From an uncultured virus (IMG/VR IMGVR_UViG_3300047381_001220) (lineage: Duplodnaviria > Heunggongvirae > Uroviricota > Caudoviricetes), in the IMG/VR virus record IMGVR_UViG_3300047381_001220: a stretch of 64,000 bases of DNA, one strand, 5' to 3'. The notes below the pieces were generated by a model. It did not search any database. It was not told the origin of the DNA and was given only the letters and a program-made list of their open reading frames with translations. Positions 40,081 through 50,634 of the stretch are shown in pieces; the first letter of the stretch is position 1; each line of letters begins with the position of its first letter. The translations under genes and the position numbers were made by a program.

Positions 40081-40725
40081 ATGGAAATGCATGAAAAGTT
40101 TTTTTATAGACTTGGGGATGGATGGAATATAGGTGGAACGGGTATTAAAAATAGGCCGATATATAAACGAACACTGGAAGAATATCCAAATACGATTTTG
40201 AGTGAGTATTTAAAGAGTGCTAGAAAAAAGCATGATGTGAAGTTAATGTCTCAGATTATTGACGAATATGTGCTAAAAAATAATATTCAATGCAATGACA
40301 CTTGGAATTTTCACATAAGACTTGGTGATGTAATTGATAACTCAAAACATTCAGTAGATGCACATTTTAATAAATCTTTACCAAGTGAAGGTGATGGTTT
40401 GGGTGGTAGGTTTTATATTGAACCGAGAGAGTATTTTTTAAAAAAAATAAAAAAAGCAAAAAAAACTTTGAAATTAGAAAGTGTAACATTATATTCATCT
40501 TACCACGGTCTTTGCAAAAGTAATAAAAAAACAATTAATTATTTGGAAAAAGTAATAGATTTATTTAATGATAGTGGTATTAGAGTTACAAAACAAATTA
40601 ATAATTTAGATATAGATTTAGATTTTGTAACATTATGTAAGAGTAAATATTTTACTCATACAAATGGTGGGTTTTCGAGACTTGTAACGAGGATGGTAAA
40701 TTATTATAATAATTGCATAATATAA
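40081..40725 (+). CDS. Fucosyltransferase-like hypothetical protein
   Basis: YRLGD, FHIRLGDV, DLDF, GGFSRL. Confidence 0.45.
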   Translation: MEMHEKFFYRLGDGWNIGGTGIKNRPIYKRTLEEYPNTILSEYLKSARKKHDVKLMSQIIDEYVLKNNIQCNDTWNFHIRLGDVIDNSKHSVDAHFNKSLPSEGDGLGGRFYIEPREYFLKKIKKAKKTLKLESVTLYSSYHGLCKSNKKTINYLEKVIDLFNDSGIRVTKQINNLDIDLDFVTLCKSKYFTHTNGGFSRLVTRMVNYYNNCII

Positions 40726-40749
40726 ACTTTTAAAATACTTATATTTGAG

Positions 40750-42414
40750 ATGATTAAAACAGCAGTATACGCATATTGGGCAAAACCTTTTTTGGAAAAG
40801 GATTCATATAGTAATTTTGAACGGAAAAACGATTTGTTGGTATCGTTAAGATTAAGTGTAGAGCAATCACGCAAATTTTTTGATAAAATTGTTTTTTACG
40901 GAGATCACGAAGCAATTGCACAAATTTGTAACATTGTTAAATTTGATGAGGTGTATGATGATGTAGAAGAGTTGAACGAAAAAAATATACCAGGTTATTT
41001 TTATTCACTTCCAAAAGTAATTGCTTGTGAAAAAATGAAAGAACCCTTCGTTCTACTTGAAAATGATTTTTATTTGTGGGAAATTCCCGAGACGAGTAAT
41101 TTCTTTAATGCACCTATAATTGTGGAGGATTTTCACGACACACCCATTGAATATTATGACGAAATTGATAGAATGAAATCATTTAATATGGCAACTCGTC
41201 CTAGATGGTATCGTTACGCAAAAAAAGGTAAATTTCAGGTACCAACAAAAGGTATTTATGGTGGCACAGATGTTAAATTCATAAATGATCATGCTTTGGA
41301 AGTAATGAGACTTGTAGATAATGAAGACAATATCAAAATTTTTCAAAATGAAGAAAATGATAAGTTTTTTAAGAATACCCATAAAATATATGATTTGTGG
41401 TATTGTGGTGCAAAATTAGATGGAAGTGATGTAAATACATTTACATTATCTAATTCAGATATAAAGTATACTCATTTGTATGCTGAAAAGAAAAACGATC
41501 CGGAAATTTCAATTAAGTTGTATAATCGTGTTCGTAAAGATTTACCTGACTTTATGAAAAAAATTGATACAGACGGAAACGGAGTTTATGATCCCGTTGA
41601 AAACTACGATTATTTCATTGAACCTACTCCTGGTATTAAGAATATTGAAGTTGGGAAAAAGAAACTTACTTTTGTTATGGCATTAATGAATCGTAAGCAT
41701 CAAATAGAGAAAACTTTAGTTAAAAATTTAGAAGATAACTGGGAAGATAGAGATGATGTAGAGTTCGTATTGATGGATGTAAGTAGTAAAGATGGTTTCC
41801 GTGAATGGTTGCAAGAACAAGACTTGGGTAAGTACACTAAGTCAGGATATTTACGTTGCTTTGAAACGGATGTAATTGATAACTGGCACGCAAGCATTGG
41901 TAAAAATACTGCAACTCACCAAGCAAAAGGAAAAATTGTGGTGACACTAGATTGCGACAATTTTACAGGATTTAGAGGTGGACGTTTTGTGATAAAGCAC
42001 TTTGAGGATAATAATTACAATTGCGTTGTACATCAATTTGATTGGAATCCAAAAAATGGTAACTTTGGTAGAATTGGAATTACAAAGCAAAAGTTTGATG
42101 AAATTGGTGGATACGATCAATCTCTTTTGCCTATGGGTTACCAAGACTGGGACATTATCAAAAGAGCAGAAGCAACCGGATGTAAATATGTCAATCCGGT
42201 AGATGCAGAGTATAATCAGGCAATTGAAAATGAAGGTGGAAAAGAATTAAGCATGGCAAATCAAACCGACAATCATAAGAAACTTGGTTGGACAGAGATG
42301 AACCGAATAAACAAATTAAAATGCCACCACAATTTATACAGAAAAAAATATATTGCAAACGAAGGATACTACGGAATTAGATCAAATGTACGAAATCTTT
42401 TTGATGCAGAGTAA
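40750..42414 (+). CDS. Two-domain glycosyltransferase (N-terminal GT-A-like domain plus C-terminal GT2/GT7-C domain)
   Basis: PFVLLENDFYL; MNRKHQI, TLDCDNF, GRIG, IGGYDQ...GYQD. Confidence 0.65.
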   Translation: MIKTAVYAYWAKPFLEKDSYSNFERKNDLLVSLRLSVEQSRKFFDKIVFYGDHEAIAQICNIVKFDEVYDDVEELNEKNIPGYFYSLPKVIACEKMKEPFVLLENDFYLWEIPETSNFFNAPIIVEDFHDTPIEYYDEIDRMKSFNMATRPRWYRYAKKGKFQVPTKGIYGGTDVKFINDHALEVMRLVDNEDNIKIFQNEENDKFFKNTHKIYDLWYCGAKLDGSDVNTFTLSNSDIKYTHLYAEKKNDPEISIKLYNRVRKDLPDFMKKIDTDGNGVYDPVENYDYFIEPTPGIKNIEVGKKKLTFVMALMNRKHQIEKTLVKNLEDNWEDRDDVEFVLMDVSSKDGFREWLQEQDLGKYTKSGYLRCFETDVIDNWHASIGKNTATHQAKGKIVVTLDCDNFTGFRGGRFVIKHFEDNNYNCVVHQFDWNPKNGNFGRIGITKQKFDEIGGYDQSLLPMGYQDWDIIKRAEATGCKYVNPVDAEYNQAIENEGGKELSMANQTDNHKKLGWTEMNRINKLKCHHNLYRKKYIANEGYYGIRSNVRNLFDAE

Positions 42415-42425
42415 TATATATTTAT

Positions 42426-42851
42426 GTGAAAAAACACATAAAAGAAGTTGCATCGGTAGGAACATCCGCATCATCTGATACAGAACCAGATTTCGGTAAT
42501 TGGTTAGCGGGAGGTCAAGTACGAGAACTTGGCAAGGAGATGCGAGGGGAGTGTGATCAGTGGTACTATAAAGGTGGTTATACTCAGACTGAATTTCCAA
42601 AAGCAGATCCTATTTGGTCGGGTAACTTTGATGATTTAACCGTGTTTAATATGGACCCAGGTATTTATAGAAAATCGGCACAATCGAGAATAAAAGTTCC
42701 AAGGTCATGGGTTAAGAAATCTAAACCAAGTGATGGTATTTCTGTTGAAAAACCAAATACAACAAACAATATTGAGTTTGAACATTTACCTGATGTTGAT
42801 CCAATAGATGACTTTTCTAATGAAGTCCCAAAATATAAAGATTTCTTTTGA
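42426..42851 (+). CDS. Hypothetical protein
   Basis: 141-aa ORF preceded by AT-rich motif; no family recognised. Confidence 0.55.
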   Translation: MKKHIKEVASVGTSASSDTEPDFGNWLAGGQVRELGKEMRGECDQWYYKGGYTQTEFPKADPIWSGNFDDLTVFNMDPGIYRKSAQSRIKVPRSWVKKSKPSDGISVEKPNTTNNIEFEHLPDVDPIDDFSNEVPKYKDFF

Positions 42852-42884
42852 CTATAATTCATTTTTATAATATTTATAGTAGTA

Positions 42885-43445
42885 ATGAATATTCCAATGA
42901 TAATAGGTTTGACGGGTCTTGCTCGTTGTGGAAAAGATACATTCTGCAAATATGCAAGACAACATTTAGATACTTTAAATTATACTTCACAACGACTTGC
43001 ATTTGCAGACGAACTTAAAAAGGATGTAGACGCATTTTTAATTGAGAAACTTGGTATATCAGCATTTACAGAGGTTACCGCAGAAAAAGAAATTATTCGT
43101 CCTATGCTAACTACATGGGGAACTGAAATAATGCGTAAAAAAGATGATTTGCATTGGGTTAAAAAGGTAGAAGAAGTAATTGTTGAAAATCAAAAAAATA
43201 ATGTCGTAAGCATTGTTACTGATTTAAGATTTCCAAATGAAATTGATTATATTCATAAAATCGGAGGAAAAGTAGTTCATTTAACAATGACGGGTAATAA
43301 ACCAGCAAATGATTATGAAAAGAAAAACGATCCTTTGTTAAGAGATAATTCAGATTGCTTTGTTGTTTGGAAAAGATATGGTGATGATGCTTTACAAAAG
43401 TGTTTAAAGCACGTTAAAACTGCGTTAGAAGAATTATCCGAGTAA
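42885..43445 (+). CDS. Phage-type deoxynucleoside monophosphate kinase
   Basis: IIGLTGLARCGKDT, AFADELK, R..L..WGTE.MR, VTDLRFPNE; ATATTTAT at 42870-42877. Confidence 0.85.
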   Translation: MNIPMIIGLTGLARCGKDTFCKYARQHLDTLNYTSQRLAFADELKKDVDAFLIEKLGISAFTEVTAEKEIIRPMLTTWGTEIMRKKDDLHWVKKVEEVIVENQKNNVVSIVTDLRFPNEIDYIHKIGGKVVHLTMTGNKPANDYEKKNDPLLRDNSDCFVVWKRYGDDALQKCLKHVKTALEELSE

Positions 43446-43469
43446 TTATTATAATTTCATATAAATATA

Positions 43470-43477
43470 ATATTTAT
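43470..43477 (+). promoter_or_regulatory. ATATTTAT putative phage promoter element
   Basis: 5 nt before ATG 43483. Confidence 0.6.
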
Positions 43478-43482
43478 GTTAT

Positions 43483-44247
43483 ATGAAGTATAACCCAAGA
43501 AAACGAAAAAGCACCAAAGAAGCACACGAAAATTCAACATTTCTAAATTCACGTGAAGCACGATGGTTGAGAGTTCTTGCGGAATTAATGGAAACGGAAG
43601 CCCGTATGAAAAAAATGGGAGTTCGTAATACAATCGTATTCCAAGGAAGTGCAAGAATTAACGAAGAAGATGAAAAATTTAAGAAGAATGGATATGACCG
43701 ATATTATACAGAGGCATATGAATTAAGTAAGCAACTCACCCAATGGTCTGAAGATACTTTTTCAGAACGAGAAACAAAATTTTACATCAGCAGTGGTGCA
43801 GGTCCAGGAATTATGGAAGCAGCCAACAAAGGAGCACATGATGCAGGAGGAAAATCTGTAGGTCTTGGTATCAAGTTACCTTTTGAACAAACAAACAATG
43901 AATATGTAACACCTGAACTAGATTTTGTGTATCATTATTTCTTTACAAGAAAATATTGGTTTATGTATCAAGCAAAAGCATTGGTAATTTTTCCTGGTGG
44001 ATTCGGAACAATGGATGAACTATTTGAAGCACTTACTTTAATTCAATGTCAGAAAGTTAAGAAACCTGTTCCGACTGTTTTATACGGAAAAGATTTTTGG
44101 GAAAATGTAATCGGATGGAATAAGTTTGTAGAAGCAGGAACAATAAGCAAAAAAGATTTAAATTTATTCAAAATCGTTGATGATGTAGATACTGCTAAGA
44201 CTTTCTTAATTGACGAAATAACCAAATATTATAAGTTACATTTTTAA
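43483..44247 (+). CDS. LOG-family (TIGR00730-like) nucleotide phosphoribohydrolase
   Basis: GSAR, GAGPGIMEAANKGA, LPFEQ..N, YFFTRK, FPGGFGTMDE. Confidence 0.9.
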   Translation: MKYNPRKRKSTKEAHENSTFLNSREARWLRVLAELMETEARMKKMGVRNTIVFQGSARINEEDEKFKKNGYDRYYTEAYELSKQLTQWSEDTFSERETKFYISSGAGPGIMEAANKGAHDAGGKSVGLGIKLPFEQTNNEYVTPELDFVYHYFFTRKYWFMYQAKALVIFPGGFGTMDELFEALTLIQCQKVKKPVPTVLYGKDFWENVIGWNKFVEAGTISKKDLNLFKIVDDVDTAKTFLIDEITKYYKLHF

Positions 44248-44915
44248 TGAGACTTTCTTGGAAGAATAGTTTTGTGTATATTTCAATTCACAAAACGGCA
44301 AGTGAAACAGTTCGTTCATTGCTTGATCCATATTCAGATATTAAGTCATGTGGTGAACGCAAAACAATTTGTTACCATCATATTCCTGCAAAAAAAATGA
44401 AGTATTATTTTGACGAACGATACTATAAAGCAAATCAAAAAAATTGGGAATGGAATAAGTGGTTTAAGTTTACTACTGTAAGAAATCCTTGGGCAAGAAA
44501 GTTGTCTACATTTTCATATATCAAAAAACGTGCGGAAGAATTTAAAGTGGTAGATATGGGTTACGACAACTGGTTTCGTGAAAAAGCACTTAAAATTGAT
44601 TCCGAATGTGGAAATTTTAAAGAATATCTCAAAAAATATTGCAATCCAAGTAAAACACGAAATCGTCAATTAGATTGGATACTCGACAACAACGGAAATA
44701 ATATGTTAGATTTTGTCGGTAAAGTCGAAAATCTAGAGAATGATTTAAAATATGCTTTTAAACAAATTGGATTACCTGAACCAAAAATTGTTCACAATAA
44801 TAAAAGTGATCATGCTCCTTATACAGATGCGTACAACGAACAATGGATGATTGATGTCGTGCGTGAAAGATACATTGACGATATAAATTATTTTAATTAT
44901 GAGTTTGGGAATTAA
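44247..44915 (+). CDS. Sulfotransferase (Sulfotransfer_2-like)
   Basis: ISIHKTASET, RNPWARKLS. Confidence 0.8.
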   Translation: MRLSWKNSFVYISIHKTASETVRSLLDPYSDIKSCGERKTICYHHIPAKKMKYYFDERYYKANQKNWEWNKWFKFTTVRNPWARKLSTFSYIKKRAEEFKVVDMGYDNWFREKALKIDSECGNFKEYLKKYCNPSKTRNRQLDWILDNNGNNMLDFVGKVENLENDLKYAFKQIGLPEPKIVHNNKSDHAPYTDAYNEQWMIDVVRERYIDDINYFNYEFGN

Positions 44916-44961
44916 TTTAGTTTCTTGACTAAATAATCAATTTTGCTTATTATTTATCTTA

Positions 44962-46119
44962 GTGAAAAATAAGAAGTTATTTACATCCGAGAGTGTATCA
45001 AGTGGACATCCTGATAAGGTCTGTGATCAAATAAGTGATGCAGTTCTTGATGCTTTTTTAAAACAAGATCCTAATGCAAGAGTTGCTTGTGAAACATTCG
45101 CAACAACTGGATTAGTAGTAATTGGTGGGGAAATTACTGCGGAAGGGTGGGTCAATTTCCAAGATATAGCACGTGAAGTATTATCAGATATAGGATACAC
45201 CGAAGAAAAATACGGAATAAGTGCAAACGGATGTTCAGTATTATTTACCATTGACCGACAAAGTGCTGATATTGCATTAGGAGTCAACGAAGGTGAAGGT
45301 GAACACAAAGAAGCAGGAGCAGGTGACCAAGGACTTATGTTCGGATATGCTTGCAACGAAACACCTGAACTTATGCCATTGCCTATTATGTTGTCGCATC
45401 AAATTATTAAAAAGGTAGAAGAAGCACGACATTCTCAGAGCATTTCGTATCTTCGTCCAGATGCTAAATCACAAGTTACTGTGGAATACGATGAAAACGA
45501 TAAACCAATTCGTGTAGATACAATTGTGTTATCAACTCAGCATGATGAAGATGTTACACAAGAAACAATCAAAAAGGATATTGAAGCACTTATTCGTGAA
45601 GTTGTAGATGAAAAGTATTTAATAGACACCAAATTTCATATCAATCCAACGGGTCAATTCATTATCGGTGGACCACACGGAGATACTGGTCTTACTGGTC
45701 GTAAAATTATCGTTGATACTTACGGAGGAATGGCACGACACGGAGGTGGAGCATTCAGTGGCAAAGACCCAACAAAAGTAGATAGAAGTGCGGCCTATAT
45801 GGCACGACACGTTGCTAAAACAATCGTTGCAAGTGGAATAGCAGAAAAATGCGAAGTTCAACTTGCTTATGCTATTGGAGTTGCAGAACCTGTAAGTGTT
45901 CGTGTTGATACATTTGGAACAAGCAAAATCGCCGAGACCAACATTGAAAATGCAGTAACTCAGAATTTCAATTTAACTCCGAATGGGATCATTGAGTTTC
46001 TTGGATTAAGAAAACCAATTTACCGCAAAACTTCTTATCACGGACATTTTGGTCGCAACGATGTTTCATGGGAGATGGTTGATGAAAATAAAAAGCAAAT
46101 TTTTGCGGAACTTAAATAA
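44962..46119 (+). CDS. metK: S-adenosylmethionine synthetase
   Basis: [52 protein letters not shown]. Confidence 0.97.
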   Translation: MKNKKLFTSESVSSGHPDKVCDQISDAVLDAFLKQDPNARVACETFATTGLVVIGGEITAEGWVNFQDIAREVLSDIGYTEEKYGISANGCSVLFTIDRQSADIALGVNEGEGEHKEAGAGDQGLMFGYACNETPELMPLPIMLSHQIIKKVEEARHSQSISYLRPDAKSQVTVEYDENDKPIRVDTIVLSTQHDEDVTQETIKKDIEALIREVVDEKYLIDTKFHINPTGQFIIGGPHGDTGLTGRKIIVDTYGGMARHGGGAFSGKDPTKVDRSAAYMARHVAKTIVASGIAEKCEVQLAYAIGVAEPVSVRVDTFGTSKIAETNIENAVTQNFNLTPNGIIEFLGLRKPIYRKTSYHGHFGRNDVSWEMVDENKKQIFAELK

Positions 46120-46120
46120 A

Positions 46121-46567
46121 ATGGCAGACGAAAAGGAAAAGATATTATTGTACGATGCGATTGATTCAAGCATTCTAAAAAGCATTCCAAATCCAAGCAA
46201 AGAACCTTACGAAATCAAAGTAAAAGTTCCTGAGTTTACATTTCTTGGTGTAAACGAACAACCCGATTTCGGTGTACTTTATATTACTTTTTATCCAACC
46301 AAGAAAATCATTGAACTTAAAAGTTTAAAGCAATACACATATCAGTTACGTAACATCGTTGTATCGTATGAACGACTTATCAATGTTGTGTATGATCATT
46401 TAATGGAAGTGTATAATCCCGACCGTCTTCGTATAGTTTTAAAAAGCAATCCGAGGGGTGGTATCAGCAGTCGTTTAGTTATAGATAGTGATTGGTCGGC
46501 ACGTGGTGGAGACGAAAAATATCGTGATTGGGGATCAACTGATGATTCCTGGGAAGTGACGATGTAA
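46121..46567 (+). CDS. QueF-family T-fold protein lacking the catalytic Cys
   Basis: PEFTFLGVNEQPDFG, ELKSLKQY, PRGGIS; ATG 46121 directly after metK stop. Confidence 0.75.
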   Translation: MADEKEKILLYDAIDSSILKSIPNPSKEPYEIKVKVPEFTFLGVNEQPDFGVLYITFYPTKKIIELKSLKQYTYQLRNIVVSYERLINVVYDHLMEVYNPDRLRIVLKSNPRGGISSRLVIDSDWSARGGDEKYRDWGSTDDSWEVTM

Positions 46568-46604
46568 ATAAAAACATTATTTATGCATACTATTTATAAT
46601 ATGT

Positions 46605-47252
46605 ATGCTAATATCTCATAAAAATAAGTTTGTTTTTGTAGCAATAAATAAAACCGGAACTACGTCTATACATGATGCATTGGAATGTGTGTCGGAAATC
46701 AAATCAGTAGGTGATTCACAATCTCCATTTTATTTTCATGCAACTGCAAAAAAAATAAAAAGTAAATTTAAAAAGAATAATTGGGATTGGGATTCTTACT
46801 TTAAATTTTCATTTGTAAGGAACCCGTGGGATCGTATGGTATCTGCATATTTTTATCGTTTAAAAATGGTAAAGAGGTGGAATATAACAAAACCCAAGGA
46901 CAAACACACTCAAGATGTTTATGAAAGTTTTCAAGTGCAATTACATTCCACTAATAATTTTAATGAGTGGCTAAAAAAATACATAAAACATGAGTCGGTT
47001 GCATTTCATCAGCATAAGTTTCTTTATGACAACGACGAAAAATTAGTAGATTTTGTTGGAAAGTTTGAAAATTTGAATAATGATTTTAATCATGCGATGA
47101 ATAAAATAAAATGTGGACATATTAAATTACCTTTTCTGAATAGATCATCTAGAAAATCATACAAAGAATATTATACAGAAGAAACTTGGGATATGATAAA
47201 AAACTATTATAAGAAAGACATAAAATTATTTAATTACTATTATGATAATTAA
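46605..47252 (+). CDS. Sulfotransferase (Sulfotransfer_2-like)
   Basis: FVAINKTGTTS, RNPWDRMVSAY. Confidence 0.85.
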   Translation: MLISHKNKFVFVAINKTGTTSIHDALECVSEIKSVGDSQSPFYFHATAKKIKSKFKKNNWDWDSYFKFSFVRNPWDRMVSAYFYRLKMVKRWNITKPKDKHTQDVYESFQVQLHSTNNFNEWLKKYIKHESVAFHQHKFLYDNDEKLVDFVGKFENLNNDFNHAMNKIKCGHIKLPFLNRSSRKSYKEYYTEETWDMIKNYYKKDIKLFNYYYDN

Positions 47253-48162
47253 TACCAAGTTAAAAAAATATTTTATTTTAAAACCGGTAAACGGACTTGC
47301 AAATAGATTGAGAGTGTTATTTTCATACAAGGTAATAGCAGATTATCTAAAATTGCCTTTTTATGTATATTGGGAAAACTCAAGTGGTTTTGATGACACG
47401 GACATCTTAGATTTAATTTCCAATCCCACTTTTAATTTTGTTGATAAAAAAACTTGGGAATCCTCAAGATTAGAATCTTTTAAAATTGATCGTAAAATAT
47501 CAAATACAAGTGAGTTTATTGTTGATGAAAAAATAAATAAAAACACACAAACTTCAATATTATTAAATAATTCATTTAGTAAAATAACCGGAGAGGTTAG
47601 TAATTTACCGAACTGGTCGTTTGGATCGGCATTGCAAATAAAAATACCAAACCACAAGCAGTTATATAAGTCATATTTAAGAACTTTAGAAGTAAGCAAT
47701 AAAATAAAAAAGTCAGCAGAGACTACACTCGGTAAATTTACAGAGAATACAATCGGTATACACATAAGGTGTGGTGATGCAATGGATGAAAGAAACAACA
47801 AACATAATTTGTATCAAACGCATACGGATAATACAGAACTAATGGAATATATTAGGACTCATGTTGGTAATGTTTTTCTATCAACCGATGATGAGAATGT
47901 TTTAAGTTATTTTAAAAGTAAATTTAAAGATAAAATTATTTTTTATCCTAAAAAATTTCAAATAAGTAACTATGGTGAAACTAAACATGGTCAATATGAT
48001 GCAATGGTTGATTTATATTTATTATCAAGAACTCAGTTCATGATTCCAATGAGTCCAAGTTCATTTTCTAAATTTGCGTCTGACTTAGGTGGTAATTTGT
48101 ACCAAAAGTGTCAGTTTAAATATTTGCAAGATAATAAAATTTTAGATGTGGTAAACTGGTAA
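47242..48162 (+). CDS. Fucosyltransferase-like (GT23/O-FucT-related) protein
   Basis: NGLANRLR, GIHIRCGD, FLSTDD, AMVDLYLLS, SSFS. Confidence 0.65.
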   Translation: MIINTKLKKYFILKPVNGLANRLRVLFSYKVIADYLKLPFYVYWENSSGFDDTDILDLISNPTFNFVDKKTWESSRLESFKIDRKISNTSEFIVDEKINKNTQTSILLNNSFSKITGEVSNLPNWSFGSALQIKIPNHKQLYKSYLRTLEVSNKIKKSAETTLGKFTENTIGIHIRCGDAMDERNNKHNLYQTHTDNTELMEYIRTHVGNVFLSTDDENVLSYFKSKFKDKIIFYPKKFQISNYGETKHGQYDAMVDLYLLSRTQFMIPMSPSSFSKFASDLGGNLYQKCQFKYLQDNKILDVVNW

Positions 48163-48212
48163 TTCGTTCAAATATTATTATGTTTTTTTATATTTATAAA
48201 AAGTAGGAGAGG

Positions 48213-50036
48213 GTGAATGTGACAAACGAAGAAAATAATCCATTAGTTTCAATAATTTGTTCAATGTATAAAGGTGAGGATTACATTGAGCAATTTCTGC
48301 GTAACATAGTAAATCAAACTATATTCACAGAATGCGAACTTATTATAATTAATGCAAATTCACCAGAAAATGAAGATCCAGTTGTTAAAAAATATCAGGA
48401 AGAGTACACGAATATTAAATATTCAAAATTAGATAATGATCCTGGTATATACGAAACCTGGAATACTGCTATAAGGAAATCCAGAGGAAAATACATTACC
48501 AATGCAAATTTAGATGATTTGAGATTAAATAATCACATTGAAAAGTGTATTGAGGTTCTTGAAGAAAATAATCAGATTGATATTGTATCAACTGGAGTTT
48601 ATGTGGTTCATGAAAGAGATGAATTTGATTTTAGTGAACTTGATAAGTATGAAACTTGGTTTACTGGTAATAGTGTACCAAAATTTTATAATGTCAATGA
48701 TATGCTATTATACAAAGAAAAATCATGGCAATCTCGTAACCCACCCCACAATGCTCCTGTGTGGAGAACAAGTTTACATAACAAGTTTGGTTTTTTTAAT
48801 GAGAATAAATTTAATTACGCAGCCGATTTTGAGTTTTGGTTGAGATGTTTGGACGGAGGTTCTTCTGCGTTTCACCTAAATATTCCTCTTGCAGTTTATC
48901 GTATTGTTTCTGATTCACATAACAGAAGAAACAGAGAAAATCATGATGAATTGATGAAAAGTCTTGCAGACAAGTATAAATCAAATCAGTTGGTAAATGA
49001 TGTATTTAGTTTAGAAAACCAAGTAAACGTAAGTTACGGAAATCATAGAAGTGGTTGGAGTTTCGTAATGGATAATTTAGCAAAACTTGGAAATAATAAT
49101 AAAGGATATATCTTTTCTTCATTTATAGAACGGGATTTTGGTTGGGGATTTTCTGGTCCAACTTGTCAAAATATGCTAAGACGAGGGTGGGTAGGAATTG
49201 CCCATGCTCCACATAAATATCCTGAATTTATAGGTGAAATAGTAAATCAATATCCAGAATATTATGTCAAGAAATTTAAATTTAAAAGTCTTTGGAAACG
49301 ATGCCACGGATTGTTTACTTTATCTGAGTATGTTGCGGAGGAGTGGAGACGATTACTTCCCGATGTGAAAGTAGAGGTTTTACACCACCCAACTGAACTT
49401 GTATCTAATAAATTTACATTCAAAAAGTTTCAGAGAAATAAAAATAAACAAATTTTGCAGGTTGGTTATTGGCTTAGAAAACTCGGTTCTATTATGAAAA
49501 TTGAAACAGAGTATGTTCAAAAAACACTTATTTCTCCTGAAATTTCATATTTTATACCTCATATTTCAAAAATAGTTGAATCGTGTGTCAGAAATGAATT
49601 GGATGAACCAGAATTTAAATTTACATACGGACAGAAAAACTTTAGTAATAACAAAATCAAATTTGAAAATCTTTGTAGCAAGTATAATGTAAATTTAATA
49701 GAAAAAGTCTCAAATGAAAAGTATGATGATTTGTTGTCTCAAAATATAGTTTTATTTGATTTTTATGATATTTCTGCAAGTAATCTGCTCGTTGAGTGTA
49801 TTGTAAGAAACACACCAATCGTGGTTAAGAAACATCCTGCCGTAATTGAATATTTAGGTGAGAATTATCCATTATACTTTGAAGATTTATCAGAAGTAAA
49901 TAAAATGCTTACATCTGATAATATTAAATCTGCATTTGATTATTTGATAAAAATAGATAAAAGTAAGTTCACAATTGGTAAATTCATGAAAAATTTCATG
50001 GGCAGTGAAATAGTAAAAAAATTAAAGGATAATTAA
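48213..50036 (+). CDS. GT2 glycosyltransferase fused to a second (GT-B-like) domain
   Basis: PLVSII, IINANSP, NANLDD, AADFEFWLR; C-terminal HRSGW, ASNLLVECIVRNTP..V; ATATTTAT 48190 and AGGAG RBS. Confidence 0.75.
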   Translation: MNVTNEENNPLVSIICSMYKGEDYIEQFLRNIVNQTIFTECELIIINANSPENEDPVVKKYQEEYTNIKYSKLDNDPGIYETWNTAIRKSRGKYITNANLDDLRLNNHIEKCIEVLEENNQIDIVSTGVYVVHERDEFDFSELDKYETWFTGNSVPKFYNVNDMLLYKEKSWQSRNPPHNAPVWRTSLHNKFGFFNENKFNYAADFEFWLRCLDGGSSAFHLNIPLAVYRIVSDSHNRRNRENHDELMKSLADKYKSNQLVNDVFSLENQVNVSYGNHRSGWSFVMDNLAKLGNNNKGYIFSSFIERDFGWGFSGPTCQNMLRRGWVGIAHAPHKYPEFIGEIVNQYPEYYVKKFKFKSLWKRCHGLFTLSEYVAEEWRRLLPDVKVEVLHHPTELVSNKFTFKKFQRNKNKQILQVGYWLRKLGSIMKIETEYVQKTLISPEISYFIPHISKIVESCVRNELDEPEFKFTYGQKNFSNNKIKFENLCSKYNVNLIEKVSNEKYDDLLSQNIVLFDFYDISASNLLVECIVRNTPIVVKKHPAVIEYLGENYPLYFEDLSEVNKMLTSDNIKSAFDYLIKIDKSKFTIGKFMKNFMGSEIVKKLKDN

Positions 50037-50037
50037 G

Positions 50038-50634
50038 ATGATTATATGCCACGAACCAAAAATTGTATTTGTAAAACCAAATAAAATTGCAGGAACCTCA
50101 ATAGTCAATACATTATCAATGAGTATTGAATTTGATGATTCTTTGCGGAATTTACGTAAAGGTGATCACGAAAGTTATAGGCAGATAGAACAAACTATAT
50201 CTATAGAAAAATACTATGTTTTTTCATTTACAAGAAATCCTTGGGATCGGTTGATTTCAATGTTTAAATACATGAAAGAGATTGAAATTCCAAAAAGAAA
50301 AAAAATGAATATTCAATATGACGAGAAACTTGAGAAAATGACTTTTACTGAGTATATCAATTCGGATGATGTATTTAAACCAAGGTCATTCTATGATTTT
50401 TTTAAAAACAATGATGGTAAAATTAATTTAGATTTCATAGGGAAATTTGAAGATTTGGTTATTGATTTTAAGAGGGTAGAACGTCACACAAATTTAAAGT
50501 TTGAAAAATTAGCACATAGATATAAAACAAACCACAAAGAATATACAGAGTATTATACAGATGAAACCCAAAAAATCGTTGCAAAGCAGTATGCAAATGA
50601 CATCAAATATTTTAATTACGAATTTGGATCGTGA
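50038..50634 (+). CDS. Sulfotransferase (Sulfotransfer_2-like)
   Basis: VKPNKIAGTS, RNPWDRLIS. Confidence 0.8.
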   Translation: MIICHEPKIVFVKPNKIAGTSIVNTLSMSIEFDDSLRNLRKGDHESYRQIEQTISIEKYYVFSFTRNPWDRLISMFKYMKEIEIPKRKKMNIQYDEKLEKMTFTEYINSDDVFKPRSFYDFFKNNDGKINLDFIGKFEDLVIDFKRVERHTNLKFEKLAHRYKTNHKEYTEYYTDETQKIVAKQYANDIKYFNYEFGS

